Shown: in pieces, positions 39,895-49,280 of the stretch
How positions within the stretch are numbered: position 1 is the first letter of the stretch
Layout of the letters: every line of letters starts with the position of its first letter
Origin: an uncultured Actinomycetota bacterium
Lineage (GTDB): Bacteria; Actinomycetota; UBA4738; HRBIN12
DNA: 64,000 nucleotides
Assembly (NCBI GenBank): GCA_963762015.1
Contig: CAVXJL010000013.1
Coordinates: 27,709-91,708, forward strand
Reading direction: 5' to 3'
The notes under the pieces: generated by a model
Told to the model about the DNA's origin: nothing
Database searches by the model: none
Seen by the model: the letters and a program-made list of their open reading frames with translations, nothing else
Made by a program: the position numbers and the translations under genes

Positions 39895-41264
39895 TCCGAC
39901 ACCTCGACGTCGGCTCCGAGCGAGCGGAGGACCGTGAAGAACCCGGGGAATGAGACCGAGGCCGACTCGATCGCGTCGATCTCCGACGGCGCGCGGGCGG
40001 CGAGCGCCGACACGGCGAACGCCATCGCCATCCGATGGTCTCCCTCCGACGGCGCGGACCCGCCGGCGAGACCTCCCCCGCCGATCACGAGGTCGTCTCC
40101 CTCCTCCGCGGCCTCTCCACCGAGCGCCCGGATCCCCTCCGCGAGCACGGCGAGCCGGTCGCTCTCCTTCACGCGAAGCTCGGAGGCTCCTTCGAACCGG
40201 GACTGTCCGTCTGCGTGCGCGGCGAGCGCCGCGAGGAGGGGAACCTCATCGATCACGAGTGGCAGCTCGCTCCGGTCGACCCGAACCGGCCGAAGCACCC
40301 CGCCCGGCCCCATCCGCATCGTCCCGACCGGCTCTCCCATCTGCTCACTCTCGACCGAGACCTCGACCTCAAGCCCCATCCTCCGGAGCACGTCGAGCAG
40401 ACGAAGTCGCGTCGGGTTCAGGCCCACGCCCTCGACCGTGAGGTGCCCACCCGTGAGCGCGGCCGCTCCGAGGAGGAACGCCGCGGAGGATGGGTCTCCC
40501 GGCACCGTGCCGCGGAATCCTTCGTGCTGGAACGGCCCGTCGAAGATCAGTTCCTGCCCTTGCGACCGGATCGGCGCCCCCAGGGCGAGGAACAGTCGCT
40601 CCGTGTGGTCCCTGGTCGGGATGCGCTCCGACACCGTCGTCGGCCCCTCGGCCGCGAGGGCTGCCAACAGCACTGCCCCCTTGACCTGAGCGCTCGGGAC
40701 GTCCGGTTCGAATCGGATCCCACGGAGCGCCGATCCCCGGATCGTGACCGGCGGATGGCCGCCCTCGGTGGTTACGTCCGCGCCCATCCTCCGCAGGGGA
40801 TCCGCGACACGCTCCATCGGCCGTCGCGAGAGACTCCGGTCGCCCCGGAGCACCGTCTCGAACGGAGACGACGACACGAGCCCGGCGACGAGTCGCATCG
40901 TCGTCCCCGAGTTCCCACAGGCGAGCGGACGCCTCGGACGTTGGAGCGATCTCCTCCCCTCAGCTCGAAGGTCGAGGGTGTCGAGGTCGAGGGTCGAGGC
41001 GTCCCGGTTCCACGTGGAACCGTCCCTCTCATCGGTGCCCGAAGGGCTCGAGCCCCAAGCTTCGAGTGCAGGTCGAGCCGACGGAAGGAGCTCCAAGAGG
41101 CAGGCGGCGGTCGAGCGAGTGTCGAGTGACCGAGGCAATCCCTCGATCCGGCTCGCCCCGGTCGCAGTCGCAGCCATCAGGAGCCAGCGGTGAGAGATCG
41201 ACTTGTCTCCGGGCACCTCGACCTCACCTTCGATCGGGGCGCCGGGCGTCAGACGAGCTCGCAT
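39891..41264 (-). CDS. aroA: 3-phosphoshikimate 1-carboxyvinyltransferase (EPSP synthase) with an in-frame low-complexity insertion
   Basis: VPGDKSISHRWLLMAA, LACGNSGTTMRL, ...RMGA... motifs; start taken at the MRARLTPG Met. Confidence 0.85.
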   Translation of the reverse strand: MRARLTPGAPIEGEVEVPGDKSISHRWLLMAATATGASRIEGLPRSLDTRSTAACLLELLPSARPALEAWGSSPSGTDERDGSTWNRDASTLDLDTLDLRAEGRRSLQRPRRPLACGNSGTTMRLVAGLVSSSPFETVLRGDRSLSRRPMERVADPLRRMGADVTTEGGHPPVTIRGSALRGIRFEPDVPSAQVKGAVLLAALAAEGPTTVSERIPTRDHTERLFLALGAPIRSQGQELIFDGPFQHEGFRGTVPGDPSSAAFLLGAAALTGGHLTVEGVGLNPTRLRLLDVLRRMGLEVEVSVESEQMGEPVGTMRMGPGGVLRPVRVDRSELPLVIDEVPLLAALAAHADGQSRFEGASELRVKESDRLAVLAEGIRALGGEAAEEGDDLVIGGGGLAGGSAPSEGDHRMAMAFAVSALAARAPSEIDAIESASVSFPGFFTVLRSLGADVEVSE

Positions 41265-41271
41265 CGTCGCC

Positions 41272-42384
41272 TCAGGCCAGTCGGATGGGGTCGAGCCCGC
41301 CGGCGACCAGGACCTCCGTGGCGTGGCCCGCCGCATCGGCGGCCACCGTGAGGTGCACGGTGCCTCGCCCGCCCTCGGGCGAGTGCACGATCTGGAGGTC
41401 CTCGATGTTCACACGGCCCTCCGCGAGGATCGACGTCAGCTCGGCGAGCGCACCGGGCCGGTCGGGCACCTCCACCTGGAGCACGGCCACCCCGGCCTTC
41501 ACCTGCGGCTTGGTGGCGAGCCGGAGTCGAGCGTCCTTCGCCTGCGCGAACGTGGACTCCACGGCCTCGCTCTTGTTCCCCACGACGTCGTCTCGGAGGC
41601 TCTGAAGGCGGTCGACGTACAGGTCGATCGCCTCGGCGATCCGCTCGCGGTTCGCGACCAGGATCGAGGACCAGAGCGCCGCGTCGGAGGCGGCGAGCCG
41701 CGTCAGGTCTCGGAATCCCCCGGCCGCCAGGAGCAGGATCTCCGGCTCATCCGCCTCCTCGGTCGCGGCGAGGCTCATCAGGGCGGTGGACGCCACCTGC
41801 GGGAGATGGCTCACGAAGGCCACGAGCCGGTCATGACGGTCGCCCGTCATCCGGACCGCTCTCGCGCCCAGGCCCTCGACCCACGACTCGAGGGCGTCGA
41901 CGGCAGCGACATCGGAGGCCTCCGTCGCCGAGAGCACCCACACGATGCCGTCGAGGACCGATGGTGAAGCGTGCTCGGGGCCGGATCGCTCGCTCCCGCC
42001 CATCGGGTGACCCGGCACGTAGCGGGGAAGGTCCTCCGCCGTGACCTCCGCGGCCACGTCCCGCGACACCGGAGCCATGATGCTCCCCACGTCGGTGACG
42101 ATCGCGGCGGTGGTCGCGGCCAGCGCGGCCGCGACGACCGGGGCGATCGTCGGGATCGGGGTGCAGACCACGACGAGGTCGGCTCCTCGGACCGCTTCCT
42201 CGAGCGAGGTCGCCGGCGTGAAGCCGCCGAGCCCGGCGGCGCGGGCCGTCGTCGCGGAGTCGGCGTCCCACCCCGACACCGCGGCGCCGGCCCGCGCCGC
42301 CGCCATCGCGACGGAGGTGCCCATCAGCCCGGTGCCGAGGACGGCGACGCGCCGGATCGGTTCGTACGAGCGGGCGGCCGTCAT
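41272..42384 (-). CDS. tyrA: prephenate dehydrogenase with C-terminal ACT domain
   Basis: Rossmann motif VAVLGTGLMGTS; PDH catalytic region; ACT domain at the C-terminus. Confidence 0.8.
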   Translation of the reverse strand: MTAARSYEPIRRVAVLGTGLMGTSVAMAAARAGAAVSGWDADSATTARAAGLGGFTPATSLEEAVRGADLVVVCTPIPTIAPVVAAALAATTAAIVTDVGSIMAPVSRDVAAEVTAEDLPRYVPGHPMGGSERSGPEHASPSVLDGIVWVLSATEASDVAAVDALESWVEGLGARAVRMTGDRHDRLVAFVSHLPQVASTALMSLAATEEADEPEILLLAAGGFRDLTRLAASDAALWSSILVANRERIAEAIDLYVDRLQSLRDDVVGNKSEAVESTFAQAKDARLRLATKPQVKAGVAVLQVEVPDRPGALAELTSILAEGRVNIEDLQIVHSPEGGRGTVHLTVAADAAGHATEVLVAGGLDPIRLA

Positions 42385-42397
42385 CGGGCGACGTCCC

Positions 42398-42757
42398 TCA
42401 GCGGACGTCATCTCGGAGTGTCTCCGCACCGTCGAGGTACACGTGGGCGACCTCGTCGAGGGTCCGGTCGGAGTGGAAGTGCACGAGGATCCGGATCACC
42501 GAAGGCATCGAACCCTCGACCGGGATCTCCTGGGCGCACATGAGGGGCACGCGACCGAGACCCATCCGCCGAGCCGCCTCCGCGGGGAAGGCCGAGCGGA
42601 GGTCCTGCGTGGCCGTGAACATGATGCTCACGAGCTCCTCCGGGTCGATCTCGTTGCGCTGCAGCACGGCCGACAGGAGCCGCTCGGTGGATCCGAGCAG
42701 CGCATCACCATCGTCCGATGGCACGCGGATGGCCCCGCGCGCCGCACGAAGCCTCAT
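42398..42757 (-). CDS. aroH: chorismate mutase, AroH class
   Basis: MRLRAARGAIRV...IMFTATQDL...VHVYL pattern of small trimeric AroH-type CM; 119 aa. Confidence 0.75.
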   Translation of the reverse strand: MRLRAARGAIRVPSDDGDALLGSTERLLSAVLQRNEIDPEELVSIMFTATQDLRSAFPAEAARRMGLGRVPLMCAQEIPVEGSMPSVIRILVHFHSDRTLDEVAHVYLDGAETLRDDVR

Positions 42758-42796
42758 GGGAACCTCCCTCGGGAGCGGCGCCCCGAGGCACAGAGG

Positions 42797-43519
42797 CTAC
42801 CCGTCGACGACGTGCCTGAGCGCGACCACCTCGTCGTGCGTGAGCTCCCGCCGCTCCCCCGGCGGGAGCGCCCCCAGCTTGACCGCCCCCACGCGCACCC
42901 GGACGAGTCGCGTGACGGGCAGTCCGACCGCGGCCAGCAAGCGACGGACCTCTCGCTTGCGACCCTCCGTCATCACCAGACGCACGGCGCCCCGATCGCC
43001 CGTCCGGCCGGCCACCCGAGCGCTCTTCGCGCTCGCGTGGCCGTCCTCCAGATCCACACCCCGCCGAAGCCGGCCGATGTGTTTGGCCGTGGGGCTCCCC
43101 TCGACCTCGGCCAGATACTCCTTCTCGACCTCGAAGCGAGGATGCGTCAAGGCGTTCGCGAGGTCGCCGTCGTTCGTGAGCAGGAGGAGGCCTTCACTGT
43201 CCCGGTCCAATCTCCCGACCGGGAAGATCCTGGGTCCGTCCTCGGGGAGGTACGCGCGGATGTCCGGACGGCCTTGAGGGTCACGCATCGTCGTCACGAC
43301 CCCCAGGGGCTTGTGCAGCGCGTAGTACTTCACGTTGGGGTCGAGGTTCACATGCAGACCGTCGACCCTCACTTCATCCTCGGCCGGGTCCGCGCGATCG
43401 CCGAGGGTCGCGACGATGCCGTTCAGGGTGACCCGACCCTCGACGATCAACTCCTCGGAGGACCGACGAGAGCCGTAGCCCGCGCGCGCGAGGAGCCGCT
43501 GGAGCCGCTCGACCGGCAC
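42797..43519 (-). CDS. rluB: pseudouridine synthase, RsuA/RluB family (S4 domain + catalytic domain)
   Basis: ERLQRLLARAGYGSRRSSEELI S4 domain; catalytic motif VGRLDRDSEGLLLLTNDG. Confidence 0.85.
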   Translation of the reverse strand: MPVERLQRLLARAGYGSRRSSEELIVEGRVTLNGIVATLGDRADPAEDEVRVDGLHVNLDPNVKYYALHKPLGVVTTMRDPQGRPDIRAYLPEDGPRIFPVGRLDRDSEGLLLLTNDGDLANALTHPRFEVEKEYLAEVEGSPTAKHIGRLRRGVDLEDGHASAKSARVAGRTGDRGAVRLVMTEGRKREVRRLLAAVGLPVTRLVRVRVGAVKLGALPPGERRELTHDEVVALRHVVDG

Positions 43520-43522
43520 GGC

Positions 43523-44116
43523 CTACTCGGGGGACTCGACCGGCTCCGACGCCGCCTCCGCACCCGCGGATCCCTGTTCCCCGTCGTCGGTTCCCTCCTC
43601 GGCGTCGACGCCGAGGAGAGGAGCCAGGGAAGGCAGGGAGGCGAGCGAGGGCAGCCCGAGCCGCTCGAGGAACGTCGGTGTCGTCGCGAAGAGGATCGGC
43701 CGTCCGGGCGTCTCCTCGCGACCTGCCTCCTCGACGAGCCCCTTGTCCTGGAGCGCGCGGAGGACCCCGTCGGAGTTGACCCCACGGATCGACGAGACCT
43801 GGTGCCGGGTCACCGGCTGCTTGTAGGCGACGATCGCGAGCGTCTCGAGCGCAGCCTTCGTCAGCCGAGCTTGTCGGGACGAAAGGACGAACCGCTCGAC
43901 CTCGGGCGCCGTGTCCGGGTGGGTGAAGAGTCGCCATCCGCCGGCGACGTTGCGAAGCACCACGCCCGCCCCGCGATCCTCGAGCTCCTTCATCAGCCGG
44001 TCGCACAGTTCATCGGCCGCCTTCCGGTCGAGCTCGAGCGCCTGCGCGATGACCGGGATGGTGATGGGCTCGTCGGAGACGAAGAGGAGGGCCTCGAGCG
44101 CCCGCGTGTCACCCAC
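43523..44116 (-). CDS. scpB: segregation and condensation protein B
   Basis: ALEALLFVSDEPI...GGWRL...TPGRPILFATTPTFLE; 197 aa. Confidence 0.85.
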   Translation of the reverse strand: MGDTRALEALLFVSDEPITIPVIAQALELDRKAADELCDRLMKELEDRGAGVVLRNVAGGWRLFTHPDTAPEVERFVLSSRQARLTKAALETLAIVAYKQPVTRHQVSSIRGVNSDGVLRALQDKGLVEEAGREETPGRPILFATTPTFLERLGLPSLASLPSLAPLLGVDAEEGTDDGEQGSAGAEAASEPVESPE

Positions 44117-44137
44117 CTGCGTGCCTCTCCACCTTCG

Positions 44138-44875
44138 TCATCCCTGCCATTCCACCCGGATCTGGCCGAACGTGTCTCCTTGATGCAGCTCGACCCGGCC
44201 GTCACGGTACAGCTCGAGCAACGCGAGGAAGCGCACCACCACCTGGATCCGCTCGTCGCAATCCGCCACCAGATCGCGGAAGGAGGCGGCACGCCCGAAG
44301 TCCTCGATCCGCCGCTCGACGGCCGACATCGCCTCGGCCATCGTGTAGCGGATCGGCGTGACGTGGGTGAGGTCGAGCGTCGGCGGCGGGCGGAGGAGCT
44401 GCGCGGCGAGACGGGCCAGCGCCTGCGCATCCACCTTCGTCATCGGATCCGGATACAGGTGCGAGAACTCCGGGCCGGGGCCGACATCCCTCGTGAAATA
44501 GCCGGCTTCGTCTTCGAGCCGGCGAGCGAGCTCCACCGCCACCTTCCTGAACGCCGCCAGCTCCAGCGACCGCGCGTACGCGATGTCGGGCGAGCCACGC
44601 AGGTCGTCCTCGTCGGTATCGGTGTGTCGCGGCATCAACCGGCCGACCTTCAGCTCCAGCAGGACGGCGCACATCGCCAGGAACCAGGTGACCTCCTCGA
44701 GGTCCCACCGATCCGCATCTTTCGAGTACGCGAGGAACGCGTCGGTCACGGTCGCGACCTGCACGTCGCAGACGTCGACCTTCTGCTCGAGGATCAGCTC
44801 CGACAGCAGGCGGAACGGCCCCGTGAACGCCGGCAGCTCGACCGCGAACGCGCCCGCACCACCCTCCGCGTTCAT
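44138..44875 (-). CDS. scpA: segregation and condensation protein A (kleisin)
   Basis: FTGPFRLLSELILEQKVDVCDVQVATVTDAFL N-terminal winged helix; the start chosen removes an Arg-rich overlap with trpS. Confidence 0.8.
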   Translation of the reverse strand: MNAEGGAGAFAVELPAFTGPFRLLSELILEQKVDVCDVQVATVTDAFLAYSKDADRWDLEEVTWFLAMCAVLLELKVGRLMPRHTDTDEDDLRGSPDIAYARSLELAAFRKVAVELARRLEDEAGYFTRDVGPGPEFSHLYPDPMTKVDAQALARLAAQLLRPPPTLDLTHVTPIRYTMAEAMSAVERRIEDFGRAASFRDLVADCDERIQVVVRFLALLELYRDGRVELHQGDTFGQIRVEWQG

Positions 44876-45927
44876 GGGCGGGAGAATCCCATCGCGTCCC
44901 GAACCGCCGCGAGCGTGTCCTGCACGACCGGCCGCACCCGCTCTCGTCCTTCGTCGAGGACCTTCCACACGAGTCCCGGCTCCTCCGCCAGCTCGAGTCG
45001 TCGCTCTCGGATCGGGCGCAGCTCCTCGATCAGGCGGTCGGCGAGGTTCGTCTTGCAGTCGACGCACCCCAGCTCGCCGGAGCGGCAATGGTCGCGGGTC
45101 CAATCGACGATGTCGGGTGAGAAGCGGGTGTGGAGCGCGAAGATCGGACATATCTCCGGGCGACCAGGGTCGCCGAGGCGAACCTTCTGCGGGTCGGTGA
45201 TGAACGAGCGAACCTTCGCGCGGATCGTGTCGGGGTCATCCGCCAACCCGATCCCGTTGTCGAGCGACTTCGACATCTTGCGACCGTCGGATCCGGGGAC
45301 GAGCGGGAAATCGGAGAGCAGCGGCTGCGGCTCGACCAGCACCTCACCGAACAGCCGGTTGAATCGGCGGACGATCTCCCGGGAGATCTCGAGATGCGAC
45401 ACCTGATCCTCTCCGACTGGCACCAGCTCACCCCGGACGATCGAGATGTCCACGGTCTGCAGGATGGGGTAACCCAGCAGGCCGAAGTTGGCCACGTCGC
45501 GCTCGGCCATGTCACGGAGGCGCTCCTTATAGGTCGGAACGCGCTCGAGCCATCCGAGCGGCGTGATCATCCCGAGCAGCAGGGCCATCTCCGCCACCTC
45601 GGACAGGTCGGACTGGAGATAGAGGACCGATCGCTGCGGATCGATGCCACAGGCGAGGAGGTCCAACACGATCCCCTCGATCAGCGCCGGCAGCTCTGCG
45701 GTGCGGTCGTAGTGCGTGGTGAGCATGTGCCAGTCGGCCACGAAGTAGTAGCAGTCGTATTCGTCCTGCAGGCGGACGGCGTTGCTCACGTTGCCCGCCC
45801 AGTGGCCCACGTGGAGGTCGCCCGTGGGTCGGAACCCGCTGAGGACGCGACCGCGACGGGTCTCGACGGGCTGGATACGCGTGTCGGCGGCGGGAACGCT
45901 CACGATGTCGGCGATGATAGCCGCCAC
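44872..45927 (-). CDS. trpS: tryptophan--tRNA ligase
   Basis: RVLSGFRPTGDLHVGHW (HIGH-like) and KMSKS motifs; 351 aa. Confidence 0.9.
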   Translation of the reverse strand: MAAIIADIVSVPAADTRIQPVETRRGRVLSGFRPTGDLHVGHWAGNVSNAVRLQDEYDCYYFVADWHMLTTHYDRTAELPALIEGIVLDLLACGIDPQRSVLYLQSDLSEVAEMALLLGMITPLGWLERVPTYKERLRDMAERDVANFGLLGYPILQTVDISIVRGELVPVGEDQVSHLEISREIVRRFNRLFGEVLVEPQPLLSDFPLVPGSDGRKMSKSLDNGIGLADDPDTIRAKVRSFITDPQKVRLGDPGRPEICPIFALHTRFSPDIVDWTRDHCRSGELGCVDCKTNLADRLIEELRPIRERRLELAEEPGLVWKVLDEGRERVRPVVQDTLAAVRDAMGFSRP

Positions 45928-45951
45928 TCCTCCCGACCCCGGGAGGAGTGG

Positions 45952-46620
45952 CTAGGGGAAGCTGAGCAGGAACAGGCAGTCCTGACCGGTCGCCGCTTCA
46001 CAGATCGCGCCCGTGAGCAGGGACGCGATGCTGAGCAGGAAGGTGAAGAGGAACAGCACGACGAGCACGATCAGCGCCAGGTAGCGATCCGCGTTGCGGA
46101 ACACCTCGCGGGCATGCGGAGGGAGCAGCAGCGCCAGCAGGCGGCCACCGTCGAGACCGGGGATCGGCAGCAGGTGGAACACGAACAGCGATGCGTTCGT
46201 GAACGTGAACGTGACGAGCACGAGGAGCGCCTCGCCGGACACGCCGGTCCGAACGAGGAGGCCTCCGGCGATCGCGAGGACGAGCGAAGCGGCCGGGCCC
46301 GCCAGCGACGCGAGCACGACGTCCCGCGGTTGGCGCCGGAAGTAGTTCGTGTCGATAGGGGCGGGTTTGGCGTAAGCGCCGGGCATCATGAACGCCTGGA
46401 CCGACCAGAGCAGGGCGACCAGCGCGGGGAGGAACCCGCTCCCGAACGGGTCGAACCAGGCCTTGGGTCGCAGGGTCACCCGACCCCAGAGCCTCGGCGT
46501 GGGATCACCGAGTGTGGCGGCAGCGCGCGCCCGCGCGTACTCGCGGATCGCGAGACCTACGAACAGCGACCCGACCATGTAGGCGGCTAGTCGCAGCCCG
46601 AGCATCGTGAAGTTCCCCAA
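45952..46620 (-). CDS. site-2-protease (M50) family membrane protein with degenerate zinc motif (RExxR instead of HExxH)
   Basis: Multi-TM; LAIREYARARAAATLGDPTPRLWGRVTLRP aligns to the S2P HExxH helix; the LPIPGLDGG motif (third zinc ligand, LDG) is conserved. Confidence 0.6.
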   Translation of the reverse strand: MGNFTMLGLRLAAYMVGSLFVGLAIREYARARAAATLGDPTPRLWGRVTLRPKAWFDPFGSGFLPALVALLWSVQAFMMPGAYAKPAPIDTNYFRRQPRDVVLASLAGPAASLVLAIAGGLLVRTGVSGEALLVLVTFTFTNASLFVFHLLPIPGLDGGRLLALLLPPHAREVFRNADRYLALIVLVVLFLFTFLLSIASLLTGAICEAATGQDCLFLLSFP

Positions 46621-46639
46621 ACGCTCTCACATCCTCACG

Positions 46640-47980
46640 TCACAACCAGGCCTGAACCAGCGGCGGAGGCGGGACGGGGCCGTCGGCGACGTCCATCGCG
46701 GCAAGGACGCGGCGGGCGGCCTCGGCCGCCGCGTCGCGATCTCTCGCGTGCACCTCGCCGATGGGCGTCCCGGCCTCGAGCCGGTCACCGATCTTCGGAT
46801 GCACCACGATACCGACGGCGGGGTCGATCGCGTCGCCCTTCCGGAGCCGGCCCGCTCCGAGCCCGACGCTCGCGAGGCCGATCTCCTCGGCCTCGACCGC
46901 GGCGAGGACACCGCTGCGGTCCGCGAGCAACGGCTCGCGGACCGGAGCTCGCGGGAGCACGCCCGCCGGATCGTCGACGACGCGTGGGTCCCCGCCCTGC
47001 GCCTCGACCATCGCCCGGAACCGCTCGAGGGCCGCTCCCCCGTCGATCGCCTCGGTCGCCTGCGCGAGCGCCGCCGCGTGGTCGTCTCCTCGCGTCTGCT
47101 CGAGCGCGCGGGCCGCGAAGAGCAGGGTGAGCTCGCGCAGGCGACCACCGCCCTCTCCGCGCAGAAGGGCGATCGCCTCCGTGACGTCGAGCGCGCTGCC
47201 GACCGCATCCCCCAGAGGCTGGGACATGTCGGTGACGGCCGCGCTCGCCCTCCGGTCGAAGCCTGAGGAAAGCGCAAGGCAGGCCTCGGCGAGCTCGCGT
47301 GCGTCCTCCGGCGTCTTCATGAAGGCCCCGGAGCCGGTCTTGACGTCGAGGAGGATCAGATCCGTCCCGACCGCCAGCTTCTTGGACATCACGCTGGCGG
47401 CGATCAGCGGAACGGACGGCACGGTCGCCGTCGCGTCGCGGAGCGCGTAGAGCGCGCCGTCGGCCGGCACCAGGTTCGGTGACTGCGCCGCGACCGCACA
47501 TCCCACCTCCTCGACCTGCCGGCGGATCTCCTCCGGCGTGAGATCCGTCCGCAGGCCGGGGATCGATTCCAGCTTGTCCAGCGTCCCGCCGGTGTGTCCG
47601 AGCCCGCGACCCGAGAGCTTGGCCACCGCGAGCCCGAGGGCGGCGGCCAGGGGCGCGAACATCAGGGTGACACCGTCCGCGACCCCTCCGGTCGAGTGCT
47701 TGTCGACGGCCGGCCGGCCGAGTCCTTCGAAGTCGCCAGATATATCAAGGGTGTCTCCCGACTCCACCATCGCCCGCGTGAGCGCGAGGGTCTCCTCGGC
47801 GTCCAGCCCCCGCAACAGGCATGCCATCAGGAATGCGGCCGCCAGAGCGTCGGAGACCTCACCCCGCGTGTAACCCTCGACGAATGCCCGGACCTCAGCC
47901 GGAGACAGCGTCTTCCCGTCCCGCTTGGCGGCGACGACCTCGCGAGGATCCTTCACGCTCGAGGCCCGATCCAGGTCCAC
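46640..47980 (-). CDS. deoA: thymidine/pyrimidine-nucleoside phosphorylase
   Basis: KRDGKTLS..., DKHSTGGVADGVTLMFAPL, ...GHTGGTLDKLE motifs; 446 aa. Confidence 0.85.
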   Translation of the reverse strand: MDLDRASSVKDPREVVAAKRDGKTLSPAEVRAFVEGYTRGEVSDALAAAFLMACLLRGLDAEETLALTRAMVESGDTLDISGDFEGLGRPAVDKHSTGGVADGVTLMFAPLAAALGLAVAKLSGRGLGHTGGTLDKLESIPGLRTDLTPEEIRRQVEEVGCAVAAQSPNLVPADGALYALRDATATVPSVPLIAASVMSKKLAVGTDLILLDVKTGSGAFMKTPEDARELAEACLALSSGFDRRASAAVTDMSQPLGDAVGSALDVTEAIALLRGEGGGRLRELTLLFAARALEQTRGDDHAAALAQATEAIDGGAALERFRAMVEAQGGDPRVVDDPAGVLPRAPVREPLLADRSGVLAAVEAEEIGLASVGLGAGRLRKGDAIDPAVGIVVHPKIGDRLEAGTPIGEVHARDRDAAAEAARRVLAAMDVADGPVPPPPLVQAWL

Positions 47981-48061
47981 AGCGCACTGTCGGAGAGGCG
48001 AACCTCGACCTCAGATAGCGATCTGACGGACACATTGGGGGAACCCTCGAGGGCTCTCACC

Positions 48062-49267
48062 CTAGGGGTCGACATCAACTCGACCCCCCTCGATCCCCAG
48101 GAGGTTCACGAAGCTCTCACCCTCGAGGCCCCCGCCGTCGGCGTCGAGGAGCTCCGCGACCGTCTGACCCAGGTCCCCGAACGACGCGCGCGTTCCGACG
48201 TCGTGCGGACCTCGGGACAATCCGGCCGCGAGGAGGGGTGTTCGCTCCCGAGAGTGGTCGGTCGGTGGCGTCGTGGGATCGCACCCGTGGTCACCCGTGA
48301 TGAACAGCACTCCTCCATCCAACGCACCGATCAGCTCGGGGAGGCGCCGATCGAAGGCCTCGATGCACGCGGCGTAACCCGCAGGATCGTTCCGGTGACC
48401 GTACTTCGAGTCGAAGTCCACGAGGTTGGTGAACACGAGAGCCGGGCCGGGTCTGCGTAGATACTCGAGCGTGAGTTCCACGCCGTGGTCGTTCGAGTCC
48501 GAGTAGCGCGCCTCGCTGATCCCCTGGCCGGAGAAGATGTCCTGGATCTTCCCGACGCCGAGGACCGCGACGTCCGCTTCCTGGAGCCGGTCGAGGATCG
48601 TCGGACCCGGCGGGGGGACGGAGAAGTCACGCCGTTCCGGGCTCCGGACGAACGCGCCCGGCTCGCCTTCGAAGGGTCGTGCGATCACGCGTCCGACGTT
48701 GTGAGGACCGGTGAGGAGGCGCCGCGCGACCCGCGACCACTCGTAGAGAGTGGGCAACGGCACGACCGACTTGTGGGCGGCGATCTGGAACACGGAATCT
48801 CCGGACGTGTACACGATCGGTCGACCCGACTTCAGATGCTCCTCGCCGAGCTCGGCGATGATCTCCGTGCCGGAGGCGGGTCGGTTCCCGAGCACCTCGC
48901 GCCCGACCTCCTTCTCGAACGCCGCGATGATCTCCCGGGTGAACCCCTCCGGATACAGCGGGAACGGCTCGTCGAGACGGATCCCCATCATCTCCCAGTG
49001 CCCGGTCGTCGTGTCCTTCCCGGCGGAGCGCTCCGTCGCGCGGCCGTGGCCGGAGCCCGGCGCCGCGGTGGAAGCGACGCCGCGGATCGTGGTGAGCATC
49101 CCGAGACCGAGCGCCTCGAGGTGGGGCGCGCGGATACCGCCGACCGCCTCAGCGGTGTTCGCCAGGGTGTCGGAACCCTCGTCCCCGTACGCCGCCGCGT
49201 CGGGTGCGTCGCCCACACCCCAGGAGTCGCAGACGACGACCAACACCCGAGGGACCAACGCCGTCAC
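48062..49267 (-). CDS. deoB: phosphopentomutase
   Basis: N-terminus VLVVVCDSWGVGDAPDAAAYGDEGSDTL; metal-site TGDHGCDPT; 401 aa. Confidence 0.85.
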   Translation of the reverse strand: MTALVPRVLVVVCDSWGVGDAPDAAAYGDEGSDTLANTAEAVGGIRAPHLEALGLGMLTTIRGVASTAAPGSGHGRATERSAGKDTTTGHWEMMGIRLDEPFPLYPEGFTREIIAAFEKEVGREVLGNRPASGTEIIAELGEEHLKSGRPIVYTSGDSVFQIAAHKSVVPLPTLYEWSRVARRLLTGPHNVGRVIARPFEGEPGAFVRSPERRDFSVPPPGPTILDRLQEADVAVLGVGKIQDIFSGQGISEARYSDSNDHGVELTLEYLRRPGPALVFTNLVDFDSKYGHRNDPAGYAACIEAFDRRLPELIGALDGGVLFITGDHGCDPTTPPTDHSRERTPLLAAGLSRGPHDVGTRASFGDLGQTVAELLDADGGGLEGESFVNLLGIEGGRVDVDP

Positions 49268-49280
49268 CGGAACGCTCCCA

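Noticed and set aside
40700-40730. tRNA-like T-loop string GGTTCGAATCGG.
   Set aside because: It lies inside the aroA coding sequence, and the flanks do not form acceptor, D or anticodon arms.
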